Positions 22,934 to 35,929 of a DNA stretch of 64,000 nt are shown piece by piece (position 1 is the stretch's first letter; each line of letters opens with the position of its first letter). The position numbers and the translations under genes were made by a program. The stretch is from Podarcis filfolensis (Eukaryota), in NCBI GenBank assembly GCA_964270895.1, contig OZ185435.1. One strand, written 5' to 3'. Under the pieces are notes generated by a model that saw only the letters and a program-made list of their open reading frames with translations, was not told the DNA's origin and ran no database searches.

Positions 22934-23744
22934 ATTTGGTCTGGCAGAAATGTGTCCTTAAACAGTAACAGTGCTTTGCTTCCTTGGGAGGAGAAGGGTT
23001 GTGTCTAAACCTCTGGCCTTTCTGGGGCTAAAATATAGTCTATGGTACTGTACACATCCATTGCTCCACCAGCATTTGCCTCTGCACCCACCTCTCTCCG
23101 AAAACCCGACAAATCACCTGGGAAGTATGCCATAACACAAATTGCTGTCATTCTTTCTTTCTGTGTGTCCAAGAATAAACTAGGTATAGTCGTTCTCGTT
23201 TTGCTGATTGTCCCTCCAACGTCGGCAATAAGCATTTTTGAAGCATCTGTTTGTAGAACTCTATAAAACCTAATCTTTTTTTAAAAAAAGGAAGTGGGGA
23301 GAAAGAAAAGAGTATGCAGGTGATGTAAGCTAAAAACAACTTTATCCTGAATGATATCTTAAAAAAAAAAAATGAAGATGAAGGGAACAGATCTTGGCAG
23401 TGGTGAATGAGACAACCAGACTGCAGTTCCTGGAAAAGAAGGCATGTTATCTGTTATCTGTTGTCTACACAGTGACAAATCTACAAACCAACTCATCTGA
23501 GGCAGCTGCACAATCATTTTGGAGTCATCCAGAAAAAAGGAGGCCTGTGGCAGTACCTTCCTTCTGCTGCTTCCCTGATGTATTGGGTAAAACAAATCTA
23601 TCCAGTCCTTCTGCTATAAGGGGATGTTGTGTATATATGTGTGTAGGCTGATATTTTTAGATAACTGCTTTTTCAACCGAAATAAAAATACTGTTTTTCT
23701 TTTTTACAAAGCCCAAAGTGTTTCAGAAAGAGACATCAAAGCTA

Positions 23745-24042
23745 TCATGGAAAACTTTTAATGCTTTTCTCCCCTTCTTGTATGTGCCCTTGTGTTGAAG
23801 ACTTTTTGTCTATCTCCCCTAAGATCTGCAGGAGTTTTTCCTGATTTATAGCTACAGTCTTGCCGTCAGGCTGGTGTCGTTTCACAGGCGCTCGTCCCGC
23901 TTTCTGCATTTTCTTGACCTGATGGAAAAGATTCGCTCCTGGTAGGGACTCCAGAACGTACGCATCTTGTCTTTCAATTCCAGCTGGGGTGGCCTTCAAG
24001 GCTGGTTGCAATTTTACCATAGTTAAGCTTTCACGCAAATAC
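23745..24042 (-). CDS. Candidate terminal coding exon (98 aa, YLRESLTMVK...EKSIKSFP*)
   Basis: Acceptor cccacccctccccag|. One open frame of 99 codons ending TGA TAG, with retained CpGs and a hydrophilic, protein-like composition. Not recognised. Confidence 0.4.
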
Positions 24043-24614
24043 CTGGGGAGGGGGTGGGTTTGTATAACAGAGGCCAGAAGACCCTTAAATCCATCATGGC
24101 AGGAGCTCAGATTCCAAAGAATTAGAACATCCAAGGAGTCCTTTCAGGAACTTTAAAAGCCAAATAAGCCAACTTGCCAGAGGTTTAGCTATTAAGCTGT
24201 CTATCGGGTATAGTGTTACATTACACAGATAAAGCTCTTTCCTGTTGCTGCCCTTTGCAATAAAGTTCCACTTAGTCCATTTACACAAAGAACTAGATTC
24301 AAGGCTCAGACGCTCCAGTAAAACTCCAAAGCAACTCTATGGAAAACACTAGGCTTATTCCGAATTAAATATTAGGAAGAGGCATTGAATATATTCTTTA
24401 ATGCTCCTCTTTTTAAAAAATGTTATTTCAAATTAAAGATGATCACGGAATAAACAGACATAAATACTGCACTGAAATAGGTCCTTCCTCTTTCCAAGCA
24501 AAAGTTAGATCAATGATAATAATGATGTAAGTCATTTTTACTGGTTTTCGTACATGTAATGTATAACAAAACATAACTAGAAAAATTAGCATAGACATAA
24601 ATAATGATTCATTA

Positions 24615-24830
24615 TTATTTATTGACACCTTTCCTCCAAGAAACTCTAGGTGGCATACAGGGTTCCCCCCCCATCACATTTTATCCTCCCAACAACCCTG
24701 TGAGGTAGGCTAAGAGACAATGGCTGGCCCAAGGTCACCCAGTGAGCTTCATGGTCAAGTGGGAATTTAACCCTGGTCTCCCAAGTCCTAGTCCAGCACT
24801 CTAGCCACTAAACCACAGTGACTCATTTAA
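24615..24830 (-). mobile_element. MIR/CORE-like lizard SINE; relatives at about 21650-21770, 31062-31260, 34690-34825 and 62805-62920
   Basis: Shared cacaacaaccctgtgaggtagg..tggcccaaggtcaccca motif. Confidence 0.65.
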
Positions 24831-25068
24831 TCAAAACACACACCTCATCTCTCCAGTGATCAGGTAAGTATTCATGTCTTCATCTATTTAGTTTTACTAC
24901 AGGATTCTCCCATCTTATTGTCTCAGGGTTGTATGGAAACATCCGCCCACAGCAAGATCTTCTCCAACTAATGTATCAACAAGTATAGAGCTAAATAATT
25001 AGGATGTGGAAGCAAAAGAGGAGAAGGAGTGTTAATTTGCCACTTTCTCCAAAGATTTAGATTTTATA

Positions 25069-25280
25069 CAGTCGTACCTTGGATCTCGAACACCTTGGCT
25101 CCCAAACAAATTAGCTTTCGGAAGTGAGTGTTCTGGGTTTCGAACATTCTTTTGGAAGCTGAAAATCCGACAGGGCTTCTGTGGCTTCTGATTGGCTGCA
25201 GCCGTGCTTTCGTTTTCAAACATTTTGGAAGTCGAACGGACTTCTGGAATGGATTCCGTTCAACTTCCAAGATACGACTG
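25069..25280. mobile_element. Tigger/pogo-type MITE, family B
   Basis: TIR CAGTCGTACCTTGG / CCAAGATACGACTG, TA flanks. Related to 41798-42044. Confidence 0.85.
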
Positions 25281-26122
25281 TATTCTTCTTTTAGAAGATT
25301 CAAGGATAGGACATTGCGTTGCATACAGTAAAGGCACAAATAGTCAGTGCATAGCTCAAAGTCACCTATGCTCCATGTGTCCTCTTCTTTGGCTCTCAGT
25401 CACTTTTTTAAAAATGGAAGAAGCTTGTCCTTTGTGGATCAGCAGGTCTGAATCTAACCCTTTAGGGTTCAGTCCCACATACACTTCCTGGGGAATAAAG
25501 CCCATTGAGCTCAACAGGTTTTCCTTTCAAGTAGACATGCATTGGATTGTGCTGCAGTTAGATGAAACAAATAGGCTTTCAACAAATGGTATTCACTTTC
25601 ATGTTTTCAGTGGAAAATGAGAAGCACTCTGACATATAGTCAGCCCCACTTAATTATGCTTGTCTGTTATATTTCCCATGATAACTATGCATGGTATTTA
25701 GATACATGCTGCCACTTCCCATTTTGAGTGATTAAAACTACCCCTGAGGTGGGTGAAAAGATTTCATTCAGTGTACATTTTAAATGTCTCCTGGTGTTTT
25801 ATCTTTCTGCTGGCAAGGAGGGCAACATTCTCCAAGCCTCTAGTCAGTTGCAACAATGCTGGATCTCAGAGTCATCTGCAGCAATTTGGAAATTTCATCA
25901 ATGCTGCACCTTTCGGACACTTCCTTGGTGTGCTTGCAACAGATGAAATCCGAGTCAGTAAAGTTACCTTCTAAATTAATGCTTGGACCCCACCCCCCGA
26001 AAAGGTAACTGAATCTTCAGAGGTTGCGGAGAAATCCTACCAAAATGATACAAAGCCGAGCACAAATTGTATGGGTTATGTATACAACCCTGCTTGATGA
26101 AAGCAGGCAAAAGGAAACAGTA

Positions 26123-26336
26123 CAGTGGTAGCTCGGTTTTCGAACATAATCCATACTAAAACTCAGCTCAGTTTTTGAAAACTCAGTTCAGAAGCCTCAA
26201 AATGGAAAACTCAATATGGAAGCTGCGTTTCCAGTTCGACTTCCGAGGCACATTTGAAAACTGAAGCATTTAATTCCGGGTTTACGAAAACTGAAATGTT
26301 TGTCGACGGAGACATTTGAAAACCAAGGTACCACTG
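26123..26336. mobile_element. Tigger/pogo-type MITE, family C (older)
   Basis: TIR cagtggtagctcggtttt / aaaaccaaggtaccactg. Confidence 0.75.
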
Positions 26337-26516
26337 CATTACAAACAGGACTGAGGCAAGGTTCTCTGGCACATATTTCTGGGTGTAAAAGTGTTGGGTT
26401 GCAAAGCCCCTCCCCACTGAAGACCTACCCCTTTTTGATGCCTATTCATGGTTACATCAGAACTAAAGAGTCTTGCTGGATCAAGCCCATGGCTTTCTGC
26501 ACAAAAGATGATATTA

Positions 26517-26742
26517 CAGTGGTACCTCTGGTTATGAACTTAATTCGTTCTGGAGGTCCGTTCTTAACCTGAAACTGTTCTTAACCTGAGGTACCACTTT
26601 AGCTAATGGGGCCTTCCACTGCCGCCACGCCGCTGCTGCATGATTTCTGTTCTCACCCTGAAGCAAAGTTCTTAACCCGAGGTACTATTTCTGGGTTAGC
26701 GGAGTCTGTAACCTGAAGCATCTGTAACCTGAGGTACCACTG
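26517..26742. mobile_element. Tigger/pogo-type MITE, family A
   Basis: TIRs and TA flanks; next to a CR1-tail remnant. Confidence 0.9.
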
Positions 26743-27401
26743 TATGCTCCAAGACAATATTTTCTTTTATACTATTTCACATGCCCTGGAAGTAATCTCT
26801 GGTATCCCAAACAGGCTCAGAGCACTGGATAGTTTTTGTCTTCTGCTTATGCTTTCCAGTTTAGGATTACCCCTTATGTATTTGACAAATTGGTCCACAA
26901 AAGCTGAAGCCATCATTTAAGGTGTCACAATGCACCTTTTCTCCTCCTGTCTTTCCAGATGACAGCGAGGAAGAGAAGAGCAGGGCTCAACAGCTCTAGG
27001 GGTTGGCAATGGGCCCTTTGCTAGGGGCTCAGGAGGTGCCTGTCAGTGCCCATCGCTGATGCCATCCCTGAGCTTTTGTTCAATGCCTTAGCTCATAGCC
27101 CATATTAAAAATGAGCACTGTTTGAAACAACGGTTTAAATTATTGAATGGCTGTTTCAATCACTAGCTGCATGCCACAAAGCTACAAAGGCAATACAAAG
27201 AAAGAAAATCAGATAAAACTACTATTTATTGTGAAAAACAGGTAGTTTTAGGATTAAGCCAATATTTACTTTCTAATTCATCTGTAGCTATGAAGATTTC
27301 TTTTCAGATAGATAATGTTACATTACACAGACTATTTTTAAAAAAATATATCAAATTTTTACATTTCTCTCAGTCCTCCAAATACCTTTTGTGATCACCA
27401 T

Positions 27402-27404
<3 letters not shown>

Positions 27405-27443
<39 letters not shown>
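27405..27443. repeat. (CA)n microsatellite
   Basis: About 19 units. Confidence 0.98.
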
Positions 27444-27445
<2 letters not shown>

Positions 27446-27879
27446 ATATAACATTAGCCAGGATAATTAAGTTGTTTTGGCTGGCCACAGTAAGTCTGAT
27501 TGCTACATTTTTGTTCAGTTGTGTGTGTGTTTTTAAGGCACATCTCTAAAGCAGATTGCACTTGGTATGCTGGTCGCATTTCTATAGTTTCTCTCAAAGA
27601 GTGCCTTTAAAAAAAAAGACTTCCTCCCTTTCTTTGTCTCTTAGCTGCACTGCCAAGGTATTTGATGGTTACAGTTACTTTACTGAATGAAATTCAAGCC
27701 AGAGGAACACGCACAGAAATGAATTTATAGCTATTCAAGCCTCGTTTTTCTGTCATAAGATCCTTAAAGTCAACACAGAGCCAGGGAAGATAGCCTGTGG
27801 GCTATTGGGAGAAACCGCAGCACTCGTACAAGAATGATACAATTATAGCAGAATTCTCATATGGTCTGTTCAAAAAAAA

Positions 27880-28130
27880 AATCACATCATTTCCTATTTA
27901 AGAAAGGGAGAGGGAGGCAGAGAGAGGTTCAGGAAGGTATGAGACTGGAGGCAGGGGGGCAGTGAAATCATTCACAGCACAGACAGAGGCCTCACACAGA
28001 TCTTGCCTACGTCTGATTGGTGAGCCTCAGTAAAGCTTTAGCCAATGAGAAGCCTCGGATACCTGGCCATTCATGAAAGCCAGCATGGCACTGTTTTGTT
28101 TAAAGAACAGGAAGTGCGGTGAGGGAGGGA
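27880..28130 (+). promoter_or_regulatory. Promoter-like segment
   Basis: Inverted CCAAT pair (ATTGG 28016-28020, CCAAT 28042-28046), ETS core CAGGAAGTG at 28108-28116, forkhead-like TGTTTAAA and CArG-like CCTATTTAAG. It is followed by TE-free, UTR-like sequence. Confidence 0.45.
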
Positions 28131-28747
28131 GGTGGAGGCAGTCTGTTATCACTTTTCATCAAGGTTTCCATTGTAGCTAAGCAAAACTCTGAACTTTACA
28201 TTCTGACTTCATTTACTCAAGACATCAAAAAGCTCTGCTTCTTGAAAGATCTCTGGAATAGTGCTCAAGCGGCGTTTAATTCTAGGGGGCCACTTGTTTG
28301 TATATTGGAAATCAAATTCTCTCTTTACCAGTATGCTCTTGCCATGAAGTCATTTTTCTGTGCTGATTGAAATCATCTGTTTTCAGTTCTCTGACAAATT
28401 AATTGAACTTTCCTCTGACTCAGGGGCCTTCTGACTCTTGAAGCAGATTTTGTCTACATGCCGTCTCCCAGACGAACACAATTTAATCTCCTAGGCTTTA
28501 AATGAACTTTATGTTTCCAGAAAGCTAGTGAAAGAAGCATTTGTTCTGGTGATAGCATATTGCTGCTTTTTTTTTTTTTAACAAACGGAGAAAGAATAGA
28601 GGGTTATGGAATATTTATTTTACTGTGGCAGATAACTAGCTTTAAAATGCGCTAAGTCAGAGCCCGTGATGCGTAGTGACAGCAGCATTTAAAAATGCTA
28701 GTCATAAGAAAAAGGCAGAAGTAATTTCCTGGACGTGACCACGGGCA

Positions 28748-28905
28748 GGGCCATAGCTCAATGTCACAGCATGTGTTTTGCTTCCAGAATGCTCAAGGTG
28801 CAACCCCCAACAGCTCCAAAGTAGGGAAAACTCTTGCCTGAAATCATGGAGACTATCGTATGTCAGCACAACCAAAACTTCGCTAGCTGGACCTGCATTC
28901 TAAAC
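28748..28905 (+). mobile_element. tRNA-Ala-type (Squam3-like) SINE, degenerate
   Basis: Head gggccatagctca..ttgc..cagaa..aggt.caa.ccc. Confidence 0.65.
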
Positions 28906-29316
28906 GCAACCCTATTTCTATTGATGTAAATAAAATAAAAAAAGATGAATACCGTTTGGTACAGTGACTGTTTTGTGGTGGTTTCAAGCTTTTCTAAAGC
29001 CTGAATCCAAGAGTCTACTCATGAGCATCTGAGGCAAAAATAAGTCTTACTGAAATAAGCCGTTCTAAACCATCAGACATCCAGGCTTGTCCTCTGCCCT
29101 GAAACCACAAATCTTCATGCCCAAGCCAAGCTAGGTGTCTGGGTGAAATTTTGCTGTTTTGCAGCTGGCATTCTGCACATGCTCAGAGATAGTTCTGCCT
29201 ATGGGTCTTTTACAGCACCCTGGCTCTATGAACTGAGCCTAGACTTAAAAGAAGCCCTGCTTCTTGGATACAGGACGTCAGGGCACATAAGTTTTCACAA
29301 GAGGATGTTAGAGGAA

Positions 29317-29510
29317 GGGCCATAGCTCAGTGGCTTTGCATGTAGAGAGGCTCAGGTTTAAGCTCTGTCACCTCCAGGTAGGACTAAGCATGCCCCAGTT
29401 TGAAGCCTTAGAGAGCTACTGCCAGTCAGCTTAGAGGAGGCAAGACTGAAGCGCAGGTAGTGAGGAGCTTGATGGACCAGTGGTTGGATTTGGTTTAATA
29501 AGTCTGTTTA
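29317..29510 (+). mobile_element. tRNA-Ala-type (Squam3-like) SINE
   Basis: gggccatagctcagtgg..ttgcatg..tgccagtcag..gatggaccagtggt. Confidence 0.7.
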
Positions 29511-30518
29511 TCCCAGACACATATCTGCCATGTGGTTTGGGTGCCTGAAAGTCGCATCCTAGTAGGGAGGGAAATGTGCATTAGCTCTTAGTCTAATAGA
29601 TGTGGAAGATGTGGACGTATTATGGATTTATGGAGCAGAATCATCACTTTAAAAAATGTTGCGTTTTAAGCATTTTAAGCGCCATTCTTTCTAGTGGGAA
29701 GGACTCACTTAACTGATCCCTTAACAACCAGGTGCTTAAAACATCTAAAGGCTGCAATCCTGCACACGTTTATTTGGAAGTAAGCTCCACTACTGTCAAT
29801 TCAATGGGGCTTCTGTGTAGACATTTCTAGGATTGTGCTGTAAACACACACAGAGATAATACTTTTTTTTGTTGGTGGCTGATGTCAGTTAAATAATTTC
29901 GGAAATACGAGTTCCTTCTTTACAGGAACTTAACAGTGACTTCCTTTAGCGAAACCACAGGACACTGTTATTTATGTTCTTGTGTCACTTTCGCAAGTAT
30001 GGATCAGTACATTTTTGTCGTAATATTTTCAAAACCCTCAAAAATGCCCCACGAGACATGGAAGGAGCCATTTCCTTTGTCCAAGAGTCTAACAGAAACA
30101 TCTGGGGGGTCCCAACTTCTCCCTTCCATATCACTCAACTTCTGTTCGGTCTCCGGCCGTCTTGGACTTCCACCTCCCAATCGGCAACAGAAGCAGAAGT
30201 GATAAAATACAATCGGGTTGGTGGGGAAGCTATTCTTGCTCACCTTCCAGCTGTACTGGAAACGGCAAGAACAGGATATCTCATCAAAACAGCCTCTTGT
30301 TACATAACATCCACCCGAGTTTTGCAGAAACAAGCATTCTGGCTCCAAGAAGCTTCGCAGTAATATTTCCGAGCACTTATTTACATGAAACCTTTCGAGG
30401 TTCACTTATCGCTAGACAGAGTTTGCTGTCGGATGAGCCAACTGGCAGAGATGGAGCAAAGAGGCGTTTTGCTCATCTTGAAGAAATCAAACAGCTGAAT
30501 ACATACATATAAGGCCAT

Positions 30519-30690
30519 TCTTTTGAAGAACATCAGAGCCCTGCAGAATCAGGTCAAGGCTTCATCTAGGCCAGCATCCTGTTTCATACAGTGACCAGCC
30601 AGATGTCTCCAGAGGGTCTGCAAGCAGGGCGGGAAGGCAAGCGCCCTTCCCAGCATCTGTGTTGTGATAGAGACGGACAGACAGACAGAC
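30519..30690 (-). mobile_element. CR1 3'-end remnant
   Basis: gaacatcagagccctgc..catctaggccagcatcctgtttcatacagtgaccagccagatg, homologous to the region starting at 40576. Confidence 0.65.
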
Positions 30691-32804
30691 CTTCCACGCT
30701 CTGTGGTGGTTTGTCTCTCCTCCATGAATTTGGTGTGACCGTCACTGCACTCTGTGCATACCCAGAGGTTACAAACAAACCACTGGCTAGAAGTTTCTAA
30801 GCTGGGGATGGGCAAGCTGTGGCTCTTCGGTTATTGCCAGACTCCAGTTCTGATCAGCTTGTGGCCATCATTGTCTGTAGTCAAGGATGGTGGTAGTTGT
30901 AGCCCAGTTTAGCCACCCCTGTTGCCATGCTTCATTGTACATTCTTTGCAGTGAACTAGTACAATGAATGATTCTAGCACCTTACTTCCCAATCGTAAAC
31001 ATGCTGGGTTAGATCCAGAAATTTGTTTATGCAACAGAGCATTCTTGGCTCCTCCATCTGCTACAGTGTGGTTAGAGTCCTCAGCTAGGACCTGGGAGAG
31101 CACAGTTCAAATCTCCATTTAGCCATGAAGCTTAATGGGTGACCTTGGGCCAGTTATTCACTCACAGCCTAACCTACCTTATAGGGTTGTTGTGATAATA
31201 ACATGGGAGGGAGGACTATGTGAGCCACCTTGGGCTTCTTGAAGGAAAGATGGGTTATAATTGCAACTAACAAACAACATAACCCCACACATCCCTCCGA
31301 AAGCAACTCTTGAAGGCTGACCACAGTCCTCTGGGATAGTATAGAATGAATTGCACGAGGCTCTGGCAGAACTGGGAGGAGGAGAATTTGGCAGGCCTTT
31401 CCTGAACAAGGGGAAGGACTTTTCTCTCACACAAGACATTTCTGGATCAAAGCCACGAATTATATAAATTACTGTGGTAGACCGAATTTATCTGTAAATT
31501 GCCTAGGCCATAGCACATACACAGGAAGTGGAACAAGATTGCTCAGAAACACTACAATGACTTTTTGTGATAAGAACACCCTCCTTGCTCAATGCCTATG
31601 GCTTTTTTTTTTTTTTTTAAAAAAACCTTTTGCAAAGAAACTGAGGCATGACAATGTTGAGTTAGCTAATCTGAGTTACTTGATCCCTGTTCACTTCCCA
31701 CTTGCCTGGCGGGTGTGGAGGAATTTTTTCCCTTTGCATTTGACGGCAACCCTAACTCTTAACACACCAACTGCCCTTCAAAATTCACGCTTCTCCAAAT
31801 TTTGCCATGCACTTCTCCAATGCCAAAACACATACAGAAGAGCATATGTCAGAGGGAAGTGCACACAAATTGTTAGTGAAAAAATGTACAAAAATGCATA
31901 TTGTTAGAGGCCACCTTAATCTCTGCCAAGCGGTAGCAAAACTCCAGGAGAGGGTTCCAGGCAGTCGCTCAGGGTTGTTTTTGCTGGAAAATCGAGGAAG
32001 AGCCAAGTCTGCAGTGTCTTAGAAATATGGCTTATTCACACATATTTACACCTGAGTTTTATGGAGGGAGAGTTCATAGCATTTACATTTCAAGTGGGGC
32101 TTGTCCTGCCCAGCAGCGCAGCATTGGATTCAGAGACACCCTAAGGGCTATACCCAAGTTTCTTTGTAACAGCCAGCCAGGGTGTCCTCTGCCCTTCTGT
32201 CCTTGCATGGATTTCTGCCCACTTCCTGCTCCTCCTTCCCATAACCCCCTGCTCCAAAAACCTCTGTTAGTACACCCTCTCTTCCTGTGGTGACATCATG
32301 CCTCCTGTTACCCTGGCAACCTCCTTCTCTCAATTCTTCTGTTTCTGTCCACTTCTCAGCTGGAGGGACAGCATCTGCATGGTCAATTGTTCTTAATGGT
32401 CTGGTACTTAGTTGTCCTTGTTTTATAGCAAGGATCTCTTGAACAGTTCAGGAAATCTGGTTCAGCCTGCATTTTTCACCTGCCTGCCACCTTCCCTTCG
32501 CACTCCAAAAATCAGCTAAATTTTACCCCTTTCTTAAATTTAGGATTATAGGGAATCTGCCCTGCCACCACAAATTCATAACCCTATGGCAGGGGAGATG
32601 GCTTGCAAAAAGTGGTAAATTAGGAGAAACGGCTTATCCACATTAAAGAAAAATATTGAGGAAAAATATGTATGTATGCTTTTTTCAGTCTTTAGCACAG
32701 GAGAAATTTACATGTGGATTTTAAAAATAAAAAAGTGCAAACTGCTCTAGAAATGGAGCAAACTGTGCTAAAGACTGAAAAAAGCAGAACACGGGAATAT
32801 AGGT

Positions 32805-32955
32805 TAGAATGCAAGAAGCAGTCATATATTGGGTCTGAGCAGGTCCATCTAGGTCAGTATTGTCTACATTGACTGGCAGTGGCTCTTTATAGGAGAAACT
32901 GAGAGGAACCAGCATGGGCAGGTTTCTTCATCTTTGCTGTGTGCCGAGTGCTCGT
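32805..32955 (-). mobile_element. tRNA-Ala-type (Squam3-like) SINE
   Basis: Reverse complement of the same body (gtccatctag.tcagtattgtctaca.tgactggcag). Confidence 0.7.
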
Positions 32956-33599
32956 CTGAGTAACTCTGAGTCAAGGCAAACAGGATGGTCCAATGCAACT
33001 GTTTTTGCTTTCTAGTTGCATTCACTGAATGTCTTTGTGCTCTGGCCGTCTTCATGCATTTTATCAGGGTAGTAATGGATCCCTGAATATACTTATTCAG
33101 TCAATATTTCCTTTGCATTGGTGGCAGAAGGGTCGTTTGAACAACGAAACCATTTACTTACTTTTTTTGGCTATCCCCATTGTGTGGGGTTAGGCCTCCA
33201 GAAGTATAGTGAAGAAGATGCTTTGATTTAAGGATGGAGACTGTGATGGGTAGCAGGAAAAGAAACTGTCCTTTCGGTGCCCAGACAAAACAAACTTAAT
33301 GTGCCTGTTTCTAGCAATAAACTATGCAAACCTGGACTACCACAATTCTCTAGTTTTGTAGAGTTTCTTGCAGTGCTTCAGCCAAACTATAGAGGGCAAG
33401 CTGAATGAGACCAACAGTCTGATCCCATGCATATTTAGTACATACTTAGAAATCTATCAATTTCAGTGGCTTCGATTTCCATGAATGTGTGTGTGTGTGC
33501 ATCCTGACTGTTTTTGTTTTCACATTTCTCTCCAAAGCATCCAGTTTGCTTTGGAGTCCCTGTGTAAGCAAAACCACTTGGTTTCTGTGGCTTTTCTAT

Positions 33600-34228
33600 G
33601 AGGAAAGAGAGTTGTTAACAATTAAAACGATGGGTTTTTCAAGAAACTGTGTTGGTCCGATCCAAACCCCATAGAAAGCCGTGGGATTCTTTCTGTCAAC
33701 TTGTGTGATCTCCAGATCATGCGCCCAGCGATTAGGGACCTCAGAACAGCTCTGATGCGTTTCGCAAAAGCCATCCAAGCCGAGTTTTAGAATGGACTCA
33801 CATGCTGTCAAAGTTGATGACTCAGAAGTAAACTTTCTCGCAGTGTCGCTCTTGAGAAACAAATGCCTTCCCTTTCAGTAAGCGATACAATATTTCTGGC
33901 TCATGAATGGCAATACCAGATTGCATTTTCAGTCTTCCTTTGGCACGGGAGGAACTTTGTGTAATGCTCTGCTTAACTACTCAGGGTCTAGTTTGAGCAG
34001 CCTACACGGAGCTGTTCTTTGTTTCTTTTGTAAACCTTCAGGATGCAGCTTTTTAATGACGTGCGGAACTTTGGGACATTAGGAGATGGAACATAACCGC
34101 TCAAAGCTGTTGGGTTTGTCACTTTGGATTTGTTACATAAGGCCGTGTTAATGTGAATGAGGCTTTTTGATTATACAGCGCAGACTGTGGGAGAAATTCT
34201 CTGATGTCTGTCTAAAGCAGTGAGCAGA
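33600..34228 (+). other. TE-free CpG-retaining island; candidate 5' exon(s), including ORF MDSHAVKVDDSEVNFLAVSLLRNKCLPF (33792-33877)
   Basis: Many CpGs. agaATGG start with donor ca|gtaagc at 33878, and a second donor gca|gtgagc near 34229. Confidence 0.3.
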
Positions 34229-34512
34229 CTCCTTGATTATTAACATATTGGTTGTATTCCTATTTCAGACATTTGCTTAGAAATATGGGAACAGCTAGGA
34301 GACCGGGTGATGGGGGGGGGGGGAGAGAGAGAGAGAGCAAGATATTTGAAGATTCAGTCTAGAAAACCAGCCTAACACAAAAGAGTGTGTGTTCTTAGGT
34401 TGTGCTTTCCCTTGCAAGTAAAATTGGGAGAGCTGGTGATTTTTGTTGTGTTTTTTTTTTACAGTCTTTGCCTGCTGTAGTCAGACTGTTTACAACTGCA
34501 CTTTCTCTCTTT

Positions 34513-34514
<2 letters not shown>

Positions 34515-34548
<34 letters not shown>
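34515..34548. repeat. (CA)n microsatellite
   Basis: About 17 units. Confidence 0.97.
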
Positions 34549-34549
<1 letters not shown>

Positions 34550-35184
34550 ACAACAACGGGAATCATTCTCACCAGTGAATGAATTTGAGTACTGTAGGCT
34601 TGAAGTTTCACTGGCCCACCCACTGTGTATGGATGCCCACTTTGGATTGGGCAGAACTGCTTTATACATTCTTATACCATTATTAGAAACTGCCTGGCTC
34701 AGCCATGCTGCTCTGATGTTGTGGCACTCTCACCCTAACCCTACCTCACAGGGTTGTTGTGAGGATAAAACAGGGAAGAGGAGAAGTGTTTGTCAGCACC
34801 AGCTCATGGGAGGACAGGTGGAGTCTAAATGTATTTAATTAATTTATGGCTGTTACAGTACAATGCCAAGGCTTCCGTTTGACAGCTTTCCCTTAAAGGA
34901 CTTTCAGTTCCACATAGCTCTCCTTTGTGTGCCAATCTTCTTTCCCCCAACTGTTTCTGTACATTTTCTCTTCTATTTCTGATTCTCATTGACTGGTCTT
35001 AAAATAGTCCTCAGTCTCCATTCTCCACCCACAAAATGGGAGTAGTAATGACCTACTCATCTGTAGGGGAAAATATTGAACTTAACTGAGCTTGGAATGA
35101 AATGCATTTGCTAATTAAAGATGCTATATAAACAACATATGTATATAGAAAGTACAAATGAATAAATAATCCTTTTACAATTGT

Positions 35185-35452
35185 NNNNNNNNNNNNNNNN
35201 NNNNNNNNNNNNNNNNNNNNNNNNNNNNNNNNNNNNNNNNNNNNNNNNNNNNNNNNNNNNNNNNNNNNNNNNNNNNNNNNNNNNNNNNNNNNNNNNNNNN
35301 NNNNNNNNNNNNNNNNNNNNNNNNNNNNNNNNNNNNNNNNNNNNNNNNNNNNNNNNNNNNNNNNNNNNNNNNNNNNNNNNNNNNNNNNNNNNNNNNNNNN
35401 NNNNNNNNNNNNNNNNNNNNNNNNNNNNNNNNNNNNNNNNNNNNNNNNNNNN
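35185..35452. other. Assembly gap (268 N)
   Basis: Run of n. The ORFs at 35175 and 35181 are artefacts of it. Confidence 1.
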
Positions 35453-35621
35453 CCATAATGTTCAAATTGAGGGAAATGCTTGCCTGAACAGATGTTTATT
35501 CAAGAGCCAGCAGAATGTCAATATGGATTAAGCCTCTCGTATTTCATCAGGGAGGGCCTTCCACAACACTGGTGTCATGAGTGAAAAATCCCAACACTGT
35601 GTTACCACAAATCGATAACCA

Positions 35622-35815
35622 GTGCTTTTTTTGTCAGGGGGCACTCAAGGGCACACAGTACCGGTGCCTCTTTTTGTTATTGTTAAAAAGTGTGGCGCTT
35701 ACGGTAACAGCTTCATGATGAGTACCAGCATCTCTCTCTTGTTGTTGTTAAAAAGTTTGGCATTTACTGCAGCCACTTCATGGTGAGTACCGGCATCTGT
35801 TTTTCGGGGGGGGGG
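35622..35815. mobile_element. DNA-transposon-like fragment starting cagtgctttttt, with 2-3 degenerate units of about 60 bp
   Basis: Repeated gagtacc.gca.ctc..tttgttattgttaaaaagt.tggc unit. Confidence 0.45.
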
Positions 35816-35896
35816 GGACACCATCACAACCAGTGGGTCTTTGCAAAACTAGCTAGGCAAAATTTGGGTCCTTCCCCTTTGCTTCTTATCAAAGTG

Positions 35897-35929
<33 letters not shown>

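Noticed and set aside
28675-28700. Short perfect hairpin AGCATTT-AA-AAATGCT and other AT palindromes (for example about 56188-56220)
   Set aside because: Too short and AT-rich to distinguish from chance; no miRNA-like stem.
11063-29510. tRNA-like sequences (Lys, Ile, Ala)
   Set aside because: Degenerate cloverleafs fused to LINE-derived tails are SINE heads, not tRNA genes.
35175-35531. Poly-X ORFs
   Set aside because: Artefacts of the N gap.
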